Shown: in pieces, positions 47,451 to 55,978 of the stretch
How the letters are laid out: each line of letters starts with the position of its first letter
Position numbering within the stretch: position 1 is the stretch's first letter
IMG/VR virus record: IMGVR_UViG_3300027986_000001
Coordinates: 35,897 to 99,896 of that record
Length of the DNA: 64,000 bases
Strand: one strand, 5' to 3'
DNA from: a virus
Taxonomy: Duplodnaviria; Caudoviricetes
Translations under genes and position numbers: made by a program
The notes under the pieces: generated by a model
What the model was told of the DNA's origin: nothing
Database searches by the model: none
The model's input: the letters and a program-made list of their open reading frames with translations, nothing else

Positions 47451-47642
47451 TCATCCGTCTACTTCTAAAACTAAATCCGCTACGTTACTTGAGTTAGAAC
47501 CTTCTGCGGCAGTAACAGCGTTGGTTCCAACACACCACCCGCCAATCAAATCATTTATGTTGCAGAACCACGGTCCTGGCGTAGTCTTCTCCGCTCTCTC
47601 CCTCGCTTCCTTCGCGCGTTCGAGTAGTTGTTCGTTGGTCAT
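47451..47642 (-). CDS. Ead/Ea22-like small protein, apparently truncated
   Basis: ERAEKTTPGPW motif; ends at EVDG before the usual A.FIA segment. Confidence 0.5.
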   Translation of the reverse strand: MTNEQLLERAKEARERAEKTTPGPWFCNINDLIGGWCVGTNAVTAAEGSNSSNVADLVLEVDG

Positions 47643-47776
47643 CGCGTTCGCTCCTCGATCAACTTGAATATCTCCCGGAATGTACGCCGATGATAGAGCG
47701 GATGTGGATCGTAAATTGTCCACCATCCAGGCTTGCAGGTGCCAAACTTAATTGTGTACTTACGATAGAACCTCAT
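47639..47776 (-). CDS. Small hypothetical protein (45 aa, not in ORF track)
   Basis: ATGA overlaps on both sides; MRFYRKYTIKFGTCKPGWW... Confidence 0.5.
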   Translation of the reverse strand: MRFYRKYTIKFGTCKPGWWTIYDPHPLYHRRTFREIFKLIEERTR

Positions 47777-47985
47777 TTCCCCTTCTCTTTCTCCAGTTCC
47801 GCGAGTTCGACGCGGATCGCTCTAGCCCGCGCAATTGGCCCTTGCCTCCCGTAGCCGTAATTAATAATCGACTCTAATTCCGCTTTCAGCGCCACGCGCT
47901 TGAGCGCCCGAGCAATCGCCGGTTCCAACTCGGTTATCCCGCCGGAAAGTTCTCTCGCCAGTTTGTTCGCTTCAGTGTCGGTCAT
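47773..47985 (-). CDS. Hypothetical protein
   Basis: Operon packing; start at MTDTEANK. Confidence 0.5.
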   Translation of the reverse strand: MTDTEANKLARELSGGITELEPAIARALKRVALKAELESIINYGYGRQGPIARARAIRVELAELEKEKGK

Positions 47986-48271
47986 TAGCGTCACATCCGA
48001 TCTTCCAACTAAACCCGTGCTCTCCGAACTCAGTGTCAAAAATAGCTGTAACTGTCCCGCTGGCTGGAATCAGCGCAATGAAGGCCTCGACCGCCACCGC
48101 GTCTGGGGTACGCCAATGCCTCCCATATCGGTTTGCGGCATTGAGCGCCCCAAAGTTCAGGAAAGATGTGGCGAGATATGCGACTATAACGATCAAACGA
48201 CCTGCCGCTTTTCGGTGCGGAGCGGGGTTAACCTTACTCAATGGTGAACGCAGTTCTGCCCCGTCCGTCAT
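47972..48271 (-). CDS. Membrane protein
   Basis: Two hydrophobic segments; ATGA overlap. Confidence 0.55.
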   Translation of the reverse strand: MTDGAELRSPLSKVNPAPHRKAAGRLIVIVAYLATSFLNFGALNAANRYGRHWRTPDAVAVEAFIALIPASGTVTAIFDTEFGEHGFSWKIGCDANDRH

Positions 48272-48723
48272 TTGGATTTCCCCGGCTCCGCATTGGCCCT
48301 GATCATCTCTGGGGTGAGTAGATTCTTGGCTGTATTCGGGTCTTCTAGCTGGCAACCTCTGCAGTTATGCGCGACTAGGATATCCGCAAAGACCTGATCA
48401 CGTTCGGCGGCGGCGATATTGGCTTGCTGCTGCAGTGGATCGACAGCGGCTTTTATTTTTCCGCTTATCTCGTTTATTTCCGCTTGCTTCTTGCGAATTT
48501 CGGGCGTGAGAAGTTTGTCTAGTTCGGCATTCTTGGCCGACAGCTTCGCCTGTAGGTCGCCGGTAAGTTCCACGTCTTTCTTGTTCAGATCGCTCATGCG
48601 TTTCTGGTACGCAAACTGAGCGTCGAAATAGCGCAGGCGTTCATCTTTTGTCAGTGTGAGGCTATGGGTCCGGCAGCCGATGGCCGCCAGGAGAATGATC
48701 GTCGTTGTGATTGTTAGTTTCAT
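48268..48723 (-). CDS. Coiled-coil lipoprotein
   Basis: MKLTITTTIILLAAIG-C lipobox; long heptad region; C-terminal CxxC. Confidence 0.7.
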   Translation of the reverse strand: MKLTITTTIILLAAIGCRTHSLTLTKDERLRYFDAQFAYQKRMSDLNKKDVELTGDLQAKLSAKNAELDKLLTPEIRKKQAEINEISGKIKAAVDPLQQQANIAAAERDQVFADILVAHNCRGCQLEDPNTAKNLLTPEMIRANAEPGKSK

Positions 48724-48741
48724 GGTGAGTAGTCCAATATT

Positions 48742-49482
48742 TTACTGAATGTCCAGAACCGTTAATGCGCCGCCGTTGAAGCAGCCCAGGAACGCCTGAC
48801 CCCCGGCAACTGTAACTTGTGGGTACCACAACACACCATCGGACGAGTAGTCCACGGTGCCGTCCTTCGCGCGGACCCAGTACTCGTCGCTGCGCGGTAG
48901 CGGATATCCGGTAGTGTTCGTCCATGGCGTATGGATTCCAGACCAAACGCTCCAACCAGATGCTGAGAAAGTATTCAACAAGCCGACTGGCTCGGATTCC
49001 GGCTGTGTTACCACGCCGAACCACGCACTACCCCACTTGGGATCGAACGACGGGCGAATTTTTACGGTCATCGAGCCTTCGAGTGGGTGTGTGAAACCAC
49101 AAATGCCAGGACCGACGCAACGGATCAATATGCGACTGCTATCTTCGCTGGGCGTAGCAGTAGCGCCATTCTTGGCAGTCCAGCCGAACCAAGGCAAAGG
49201 TGCTGGCTTAGGCGGAACATAGGCTGGGCCTTGTGGCCCTTGCGAACCAGTCGCCCCTGCTGGCCCAGGGACTCCAGGCACTCCGGGTAAGCCTATCGGT
49301 CCTTGCGGCCCAGGTGCCCCGGTTGGTCCTGTCGGCCCAGCAGGGCCTCGGCAAATGATGTAGTCCGGTCCACGTCCAGTAGGTGTAGATCCATCCGGGC
49401 AAGTGGCGTTATTCCACTGTGGTTTCGGTTTGTCTGCCGTAGCTAGCGGCAGAATAAGTAAAGACAGAACGAAAAGTTTCAT
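48742..49482 (-). CDS. Secreted collagen-like protein with C-terminal beta domain
   Basis: Leader [16 protein letters not shown]; 14 uninterrupted G-X-Y triplets; SD AAGGAG. Confidence 0.8.
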   Translation of the reverse strand: MKLFVLSLLILPLATADKPKPQWNNATCPDGSTPTGRGPDYIICRGPAGPTGPTGAPGPQGPIGLPGVPGVPGPAGATGSQGPQGPAYVPPKPAPLPWFGWTAKNGATATPSEDSSRILIRCVGPGICGFTHPLEGSMTVKIRPSFDPKWGSAWFGVVTQPESEPVGLLNTFSASGWSVWSGIHTPWTNTTGYPLPRSDEYWVRAKDGTVDYSSDGVLWYPQVTVAGGQAFLGCFNGGALTVLDIQ

Positions 49483-49508
49483 AGTGGCTGAATCTCCTTT
49501 GCAGTACG

Positions 49509-49578
49509 AGTGTGCGGCAATACCCCTGATGGAGTCAAGAGAAACATCTTGACGCGGCCCTTGCTTATTTGACAGAAT
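49509..49578. promoter_or_regulatory. Divergent promoter pair
   Basis: Minus: TTGACT-18-CACACT; plus: TTGACG-18-CAGAAT with TG extension. Confidence 0.45.
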
Positions 49579-49587
49579 ACGGCTGGC

Positions 49588-50397
49588 ATGGCACGTATCG
49601 TATTGTTTCTGCTGGCACTTTTCCCGCTGATGTCGTTCGCTTGTAATCCGGCGTTGACGCAAGAAGAATGTTGGGCCAACGCAGTCAATGGCTATCTGCT
49701 ACAAGAGCAGTGGACGAACATGATGCCGATCCCGAACGATCTGGATCTCAAAGAAGGTCCGAGCCAGATCACGGAAGTCCTCCGGGTGATCGATGCCGAC
49801 TGGCAAAGCATCGCCCCGCCTAACTATAATGCGCCGCAGGCATCCACTGCCGTAACCGGACCGCGCGCCCGCGTGTCTTTCAGCCCCGGACTACGGGTTG
49901 GCAAAGACCCCAATGGGTATGACATCTGGGCGTGGAAGGTAACTCCCTGCAACCAGCAGCCGGTCGCCCTGGAGCTTGACGCCGGGGATCTACAGAGCGC
50001 TGCCGCCTCGGCGGGTATCTCTTACGTTGACGAGGACGACGCCCAGATCGCTAATAGCCTGTCGCGGAACAAATCCGGACCCATAGTCGGCTCACAGGCC
50101 ATCCAGGGAGGTGCCGGGCTCGTCACGGGGCTTTTGGCCATGAAGCTGATAGCCGCAAGCAGTATCTGGGGGGCTGTGGGATTCGGGGTAACGTACGGAG
50201 CCTCAGCCCTAACTTCCTATTTCAAGTCAGTCTCTCCGCCCGACTTTGCTACAAAGTTCGCCGGGCAAGAAGTTCTTCTGGATAACACCTCGTTCGGCCT
50301 CGCCCCGGTAGGGCAGTCCGGGCATTGCACAACCAAGGTAATATTTTCCCGTACCAAGAAAGGTGCGGCCCCGATCAGCGGCGTAGTGATTCCCTAA
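49588..50397 (+). CDS. Exported protein with internal hydrophobic helix pair
   Basis: Leader [18 protein letters not shown]; [32 protein letters not shown]. Confidence 0.65.
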   Translation: MARIVLFLLALFPLMSFACNPALTQEECWANAVNGYLLQEQWTNMMPIPNDLDLKEGPSQITEVLRVIDADWQSIAPPNYNAPQASTAVTGPRARVSFSPGLRVGKDPNGYDIWAWKVTPCNQQPVALELDAGDLQSAAASAGISYVDEDDAQIANSLSRNKSGPIVGSQAIQGGAGLVTGLLAMKLIAASSIWGAVGFGVTYGASALTSYFKSVSPPDFATKFAGQEVLLDNTSFGLAPVGQSGHCTTKVIFSRTKKGAAPISGVVIP

Positions 50398-50407
50398 AAG
50401 GAGAAAC

Positions 50408-51007
50408 GTGCTCATGAGTAACGTACAGAATGTGCTCCCGGTTCTTGCTAACCTAGGAGCCCTAAAGGCTAACGTGCAGGCCAAATGGAAGCAGGACGAT
50501 GCGCAGTGGCAAGCGTTTTCCGCCCAGTTCGAGGGCCTGGACAAGGGGACGTTTCAGTTTTCTCCCACAGCCTTGGCGGATTTGGAGGCGTTTCGAGGGC
50601 AGGATTGGGCCGACCGCAAGCTATTCGTTGATCTGGTAACCCTGCAGAATCTCGTTGGAGCGTGGGCGCAGAACGAAGACTCTCGCGAGGGACTAGGAAT
50701 CCCGGACCAACTGCCATATCCCGCCATCCCGGATGACGTGCAGGCCGCCGCTAGCGCCGCCAGTCTCAGCCTATTGCCGCAACCGCCAGCGCCCCCCAAG
50801 CCAGTAGTCTCAGGGATGATGTTCGCGGTACCGGGCGGGTTTACTGCCGTGATCGGTCCGCAGTGGGGTGGGACGATGTACTACGTTCTGTCTGGCGACA
50901 CAGTGCCGAGTGGAATGGTGGTCAACGCCCCGGACGGGCACGCCTACACCAGACACTCATCGGCTACGCCATTCGGCCAGGAGAATTGGTACACAATCAA
51001 CCAGTAG
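50408..51007 (+). CDS. Hypothetical protein
   Basis: SD AAGGAG; 199 aa with Pro-rich linker. Confidence 0.65.
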   Translation: MLMSNVQNVLPVLANLGALKANVQAKWKQDDAQWQAFSAQFEGLDKGTFQFSPTALADLEAFRGQDWADRKLFVDLVTLQNLVGAWAQNEDSREGLGIPDQLPYPAIPDDVQAAASAASLSLLPQPPAPPKPVVSGMMFAVPGGFTAVIGPQWGGTMYYVLSGDTVPSGMVVNAPDGHAYTRHSSATPFGQENWYTINQ

Positions 51008-53684
51008 CGGTACGGGCGCGGTCGATCATGGTCGAGATCGCGCCCCGATCGTATCGCCAGTCTCCCGCGTTGTAGCGCTCAAGGGCGTGCTGGTAGTAGT
51101 CGTCGTGGGTCTTGAAGCGGCTGCGGACCTCGCGGTCGATCCCCCATAGGTACTTACACTGCTCGGGCTTGGGCTCCCTACCCCGCCACGCAGCCTTGGA
51201 CTTAAGAACAATCAGGTCCTCGGGCGGGATCTCGCGTTCGGCCCGCGCAATAGCTTCCTTGAAGTCTCGTGACGTTCCTAGCATGGTCCGCATGCCCTTG
51301 GAATGCCGGAACACCTGCCAGTTACCAAGCGTGTCTTCTACGACTGAGAGTAGGCCAACATCCTTCACCATGCCAATGTGGTAGCGGCCTGAGGGTTCCC
51401 GCAGCCAAGCCAGTTTGGAAACCTTACGGACCTCGGCAGGGACCTCGGGCGGCTGCATTAGATCAAGAGTGCGAGTCGAGGACTTGATCTGATCGAGAGA
51501 AGTCTGGGAGCGGAGATCTAGAGTCGGATGCGCCTGCTCCAGCTCGCGGACTTGACGGTCTACTTCGACTATACTTTGGCCCTTGGCGTCAAAGTTCGGC
51601 TTCAGGCCGATAAGGGTAGGTGTGGTGATCAGGGAATGGCGGCGGCAGATGTCCACGTAGTCGATGACTATGGCATTTTGCTTGATCCAGTCTGGCCGCT
51701 GTCCAATATTAGACAGGTGCTCTAACTGTTCTGGAGCCGGAAACGGGCGAAGGACGCGGCCCAACTCTTGACAATTACCCATTACCACCACCTTACCGTT
51801 CCGGCGCGTTATCAAAGTGCCAACGGAGTTACTTATACACCACACGGTTTCATCCTTCCAAGGCTCTTCGCGTAATGTCGGCCTATCGGTAGACCCAACT
51901 CCTCCAACAAAGCTAGTAACACGTTTCTTGGTATGTAGGTAATACGTGCCTTTTTTGTTCCTCCCCATGTTGCATGCCCAGCCATGGATCACACAGGCGT
52001 GCTGAAGGAGGTCCGCGAATACTTTATTGCCAGTAGAAATGTGATAACTTCTCCGTGTCCATGTCTGGTTCAAATACTTAGACCCATCTCCCAGATGGAT
52101 GGCGTGCAGTAAAATGGCAAACTGCCTATCGGACACGTAAAGAAGGTTCTCGGCTAGTTCTTTATGGATGTACGAAGCCAGATACCCCCACCCCCGCTTG
52201 TTTCTCTCCAGCCGCCCGCGCGGCTTTCCTTTGCAAATAGTAAACATATGCAACGGGTTCTTTCTTGGGCCAAAGTTGGACGGTGTTTCGCTTACGCTCT
52301 CACTGTACCGCATGTTACATGAGGCGAGGAACCAGCCTATAAAGCGAAGCTCGTCGTCAGTAAGATTGACATCTTTAAAGTTCGATAGCCCTGCAACCGG
52401 GAGCTGGAAGCTGCTGGAGATGTTTAGGAGAGAGCTGGCTGGAGCTATTTTCCACGGGCGCTTCCTTGTCCTGTATAGCATTCGGTGCCCATTACTAACC
52501 CTGAAGTCTAGGCGTACGCTGTCCATTGAGAGCATTGTTTCGCAGCAAGGACATAGCTTTCTTTCTATCACTTTGAGCACCGGAACCCATTTAATATCTA
52601 GGGTTTTTGGGTCAGGTGCCGGTACACTATCACCCTCTGATATCTCCCCCTTCTTCCTCCAGCCGCGACTCGTAAGAATCTCCGTCTCTACGTCCAAACA
52701 CAGTAAAAGGGTGCTCATCGTGGGGCGGCATAGGTGGGCAGCGGTGGCGTTCGGAGCGTCAAACCCAGTGGTTAGTACTTGGCAAGAGCACAGGCCCATG
52801 ATCTCACCGGCCTTGAATGCGCGTATCAGTTCGCGGCGCTCCTCTTTAGGCGTCTTGCCAGATATGCCGTAAGCGTCAATACCGTTGGCCCTGAGAACCT
52901 CCGCCAGATCCATCGAATGCTTAATGTCTGTAGTGAAAAAAAGAGCCGGGCATCCAGGGGTGAGTTCGTGGTATTTCTGGGCCACAAGTTCATTTCGCGC
53001 CCTGGTATTGACTAGATTTTCCAGCTCTCCGATAGCAAAATCCCCGGCTCGTTTGGCGACGTTACTTAGATCGATCTCAGTCTCCACTACGTGGCATTTC
53101 GGCTCAACCAGCCAGCGCTCCTTGACGCCGCGAATCCAGGAGTATTTAAATACGATCTCGTCGAACAGACACTCCAGCCCTACGCCGTCCGTGCGCCTCG
53201 GCGTGGCGGTCAAACCGACCAAGAGTTTACTGTCGTCGGGGGACTCACCCTTGAGCACACGAAAGTGCCGTAGGATCTTGCGCCATACCTGACTGTTACC
53301 GGCTAAGTGAACCTCATCGCCGATGATTAACCCAAAATCGTCGGGGTTGAATTGATCTAATCGTCCAGCAGAGCGGCCAAGGGTCTGGATGGAGCCAATG
53401 ACTATATTGGCGTCCCCGGACCGCTCGGTGGCCTTCTCTATACCCACCGATCGCAGCGGCAGGCATTCCTGGAACGTATCGGAAATTTGTCGGACTAGCT
53501 CATCCAGATGGCACAAAAAGAGTATGCGCTTGTGTGGCGGCAGGGAGATGATATCGGGTATGGCTGTCACTGTCCGCGACTTTCCCGCCCCGGTTGCCAT
53601 TGTAATAAGCTGCCTGCTCACTCCGCGCTGCCAAGCGTCGGCCACGGCGCGAACACAGGCTTGCTGGTAAGGGCGGAGGGTCAT
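50997..53684 (-). CDS. Superfamily 2 (DEAD/DEAH-box) helicase containing an intein
   Basis: LRPYQ, MATGAGKS, DEVH, GLTATP, LTTGFDAP, QELGRVLR. Confidence 0.95.
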   Translation of the reverse strand: MTLRPYQQACVRAVADAWQRGVSRQLITMATGAGKSRTVTAIPDIISLPPHKRILFLCHLDELVRQISDTFQECLPLRSVGIEKATERSGDANIVIGSIQTLGRSAGRLDQFNPDDFGLIIGDEVHLAGNSQVWRKILRHFRVLKGESPDDSKLLVGLTATPRRTDGVGLECLFDEIVFKYSWIRGVKERWLVEPKCHVVETEIDLSNVAKRAGDFAIGELENLVNTRARNELVAQKYHELTPGCPALFFTTDIKHSMDLAEVLRANGIDAYGISGKTPKEERRELIRAFKAGEIMGLCSCQVLTTGFDAPNATAAHLCRPTMSTLLLCLDVETEILTSRGWRKKGEISEGDSVPAPDPKTLDIKWVPVLKVIERKLCPCCETMLSMDSVRLDFRVSNGHRMLYRTRKRPWKIAPASSLLNISSSFQLPVAGLSNFKDVNLTDDELRFIGWFLASCNMRYSESVSETPSNFGPRKNPLHMFTICKGKPRGRLERNKRGWGYLASYIHKELAENLLYVSDRQFAILLHAIHLGDGSKYLNQTWTRRSYHISTGNKVFADLLQHACVIHGWACNMGRNKKGTYYLHTKKRVTSFVGGVGSTDRPTLREEPWKDETVWCISNSVGTLITRRNGKVVVMGNCQELGRVLRPFPAPEQLEHLSNIGQRPDWIKQNAIVIDYVDICRRHSLITTPTLIGLKPNFDAKGQSIVEVDRQVRELEQAHPTLDLRSQTSLDQIKSSTRTLDLMQPPEVPAEVRKVSKLAWLREPSGRYHIGMVKDVGLLSVVEDTLGNWQVFRHSKGMRTMLGTSRDFKEAIARAEREIPPEDLIVLKSKAAWRGREPKPEQCKYLWGIDREVRSRFKTHDDYYQHALERYNAGDWRYDRGAISTMIDRARTATG
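51774..52700 (-). mobile_element. Intein (309 aa) with degenerate LAGLIDADG endonuclease
   Basis: Begins CLDVETEILTSRGW, ends RRNGKVVVMGN followed by Cys+1; one intact block (AIHLGDGS); inserted just before helicase motif VI. Confidence 0.92.
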
Positions 53685-53920
53685 TCGTTCACCGGCACAT
53701 GACCGCAGCGCTTTAGCTTAGAAAAATAGTGGGCAATCGCCTGTTCTACGTTACGCTCGCGTACCGTACCTGACCCAACATATAATCCTTGGCGGAAAAA
53801 CTGCTCTTGCCAATGATCTGTGGCATACCCGGTGGGGCGGATCTTCAGGGTTGGATGGAACGGGGTATTCCGTACGGTCCTTTTCTTGCCGTACATCACC
53901 ATTAGGCGGGCCATCTTCAC
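53681..53920 (-). CDS. Hypothetical protein
   Basis: 4-nt overlaps on both sides. Confidence 0.55.
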   Translation of the reverse strand: MKMARLMVMYGKKRTVRNTPFHPTLKIRPTGYATDHWQEQFFRQGLYVGSGTVRERNVEQAIAHYFSKLKRCGHVPVNE

Positions 53921-54141
53921 GCCTCCCGGAACGGGTACTTACCCTTGATTCTGACATGCCAAAAATGCCCATGCGAATCGGTAGCCTTGAACGCTTCCCA
54001 TTCTGATCGCGGGAAATCGGTATAGACAAACGTCCGCCCGCTAGTGCAAAAGGTAAGCGTCAGCAGCCCGCCCTCCTCGTGCTCGTCATACGAGGCGGGC
54101 GATGAAAGCATACTGGAATGAAACTCAAACTCTTCCGTCAT
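53917..54141 (-). CDS. KTSC domain protein
   Basis: SSML...YD...L.LTF..G..FVY..P..WEAF...SHGHFW..IKGKY. Confidence 0.8.
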   Translation of the reverse strand: MTEEFEFHSSMLSSPASYDEHEEGGLLTLTFCTSGRTFVYTDFPRSEWEAFKATDSHGHFWHVRIKGKYPFREA

Positions 54142-54989
54142 AACTTCCTCGCCCCCGCCTTAACCGTCTCGCTGACGGTTAGGCCGTGCCACTTCAGTGA
54201 CGGGCCATGTCTTCCTACGACTGTGTTGAGAACGGCTTCGTCAATGATGACGATAGCCCGCTGCTCGCCGCGATGCTCAAAAATAAGCGGCTGCTTTCCC
54301 TCAACGATGTCTTTCAGGAATGCGATCACGTCCGTTACTTCACCCTTCCACTTCTGGGTGAAGCGGGTGTTGTCGATCTGCGGCAGTGCGCTAGGCAGAA
54401 CCGGAGCCTTCATGACCTCGGCCTGGAGCTGAAGCGATTCGGCCTCGGCTACCTTGCCCTCTCCTAAGAGCTTATCGGCGGCCTTTGCGAGGCGCTTGCG
54501 CTCCTCGGCGGCCAACTGCTCGGCCCGCTTGTCGGCTTCACGTTTTGCGGCAAGGCAGGCGGCGGCGTAGGCATCGGCCTTTTTCTGGGCAAGATCTCTG
54601 ATATCGGTCCAGGGCTTCATCATCTCGTCGCGAGCAGTAAGAATCTTCTTCTTGGCGTCGTCTGCCGTTCGGCGAAGCGGTTCCCAGTAGTCCTTTATCT
54701 TCTTCTCAGCCAAAGCAGCGGCATTCCGAAGAGTCATGCACTCTTCGCATGTTGCGTCGTCCACCACTTCCAGTTGCTGGACGGCGATAGTGATGCTAGC
54801 GGCTTGCCGTCCTGGAAGTAGCGAGCCGACCGTAGATAGTAGGGTTTCCGCGTCTTTTCTGTAGCGCTCTATCTGGAAGGAGGGCGGTGACATCACTTGT
54901 CCTTCCAATGCTGCCTGTTCGGTTCCTTCTTCTGTCATATGATCCCCTTCTTGTCTGTAAGGTTGGTAAACAAGCTCCTCCACGGTCAT
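54138..54989 (-). CDS. Coiled-coil phage recombination-module protein
   Basis: Long coiled coil then WKGEVTD..IDEAVLN motif common beside recombinases. Confidence 0.6.
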   Translation of the reverse strand: MTVEELVYQPYRQEGDHMTEEGTEQAALEGQVMSPPSFQIERYRKDAETLLSTVGSLLPGRQAASITIAVQQLEVVDDATCEECMTLRNAAALAEKKIKDYWEPLRRTADDAKKKILTARDEMMKPWTDIRDLAQKKADAYAAACLAAKREADKRAEQLAAEERKRLAKAADKLLGEGKVAEAESLQLQAEVMKAPVLPSALPQIDNTRFTQKWKGEVTDVIAFLKDIVEGKQPLIFEHRGEQRAIVIIDEAVLNTVVGRHGPSLKWHGLTVSETVKAGARKL

Positions 54990-55231
54990 TCAATATTCCC
55001 CTCTCCCCTGTAGATTTTCTTGGACTGCTGCCTTTTTGTGGATCGCCTTCGAGCAAGCTCCGTCAAATCCACCTGGGCAGCTTGTTTTGATGGATACTGG
55101 CGGCAGGCCCAAGGCTTTTTGGTCGTCCAGCTAGATTTGTCGTGATCTACGAAGAAGCAAAAGAAGCTCTGTCTTCCGCCCTCCTTCCCGCGTACGATAA
55201 TCCAGTGGTTTAGTTCTCTCTCGATCCGCAT
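54986..55231 (-). CDS. Hypothetical protein
   Basis: Start reassigned to MRIERE after GAGGGG. Confidence 0.5.
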   Translation of the reverse strand: MRIERELNHWIIVRGKEGGRQSFFCFFVDHDKSSWTTKKPWACRQYPSKQAAQVDLTELARRRSTKRQQSKKIYRGEGNIE

Positions 55232-55235
55232 CCTA

Positions 55236-55880
55236 TTATTCCCCTCGAATCTTAACGTACCCATGAGCGTAACGGTCCCACCAGACAGTAGCCAAGGCGG
55301 TAAAGACCGTTTCATCACCAGCATCGTTGCAGACGTACATCCGAAACGTTCCGTCGCCGGGCAGCTTCAGGACGATACGCTGATCCGTCTCGTCGCTGGT
55401 TGTTTCTTTCAGCAGGATCTTGTAGCCGCCGGTCTGCAGCATGGCGGGCCGCTTGGGTTTGATGCCCTGATTCCGCCAGCCCTTTAGATCTACCAGCGTG
55501 CGGCGCTCGCCGATCATGCCCCAAATATCCAGCTTACCCGCCACCCGAAGCCGCCGACTAGATACCAAAACCTCCGACTTGAACGGCACAAAGCCAGTCT
55601 CTTTCTTGAATAGCATATAGCCGCCAATCGATCCGTGGAGCCGTTCGTCTAGCTCCATCACATCGAGCACTTCGGCCAAGGCCGTTGCCTTGGGAGCGTA
55701 CTGATTCGCCAGCCGAACCGCTTCGTGCGTAGCGCTGCCCCGCTGCCGCGAAGTAGGGGTGTAGAAGTTAGCCCCATTCTCCACGTAGCCGCTGTCCTCG
55801 ATGATTTGCGTCACCGAGGGCAGCGGACTGCCGTCTAGAAGGTAGGTGTGGGCAGACTCGTTTAGGGTCAGGCCGGTCAC
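55236..55880 (-). CDS. PD-(D/E)xK exonuclease
   Basis: HTY..LPSVTQI, RGSATH, VAGKLD, VDLK, QTGGY; GTG start at 55880. Confidence 0.85.
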   Translation of the reverse strand: MTGLTLNESAHTYLLDGSPLPSVTQIIEDSGYVENGANFYTPTSRQRGSATHEAVRLANQYAPKATALAEVLDVMELDERLHGSIGGYMLFKKETGFVPFKSEVLVSSRRLRVAGKLDIWGMIGERRTLVDLKGWRNQGIKPKRPAMLQTGGYKILLKETTSDETDQRIVLKLPGDGTFRMYVCNDAGDETVFTALATVWWDRYAHGYVKIRGE

Positions 55881-55978
55881 GGAAGCATCCTGTCTATCTG
55901 CCAAAGGGCGAATAGGATCACGGAAAGCCAAATCAGCAATATAAGCGCTGGTATTACATGCTGGTAAAGCAGCCTCAT
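55877..55978 (-). CDS. Single-pass membrane microprotein (33 aa, not in ORF track)
   Basis: MRLLYQHVIPALILLIWLSVILFALWQIDRMLP; ATGA and GTGA overlaps couple it to bet and the exonuclease. Confidence 0.6.
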   Translation of the reverse strand: MRLLYQHVIPALILLIWLSVILFALWQIDRMLP

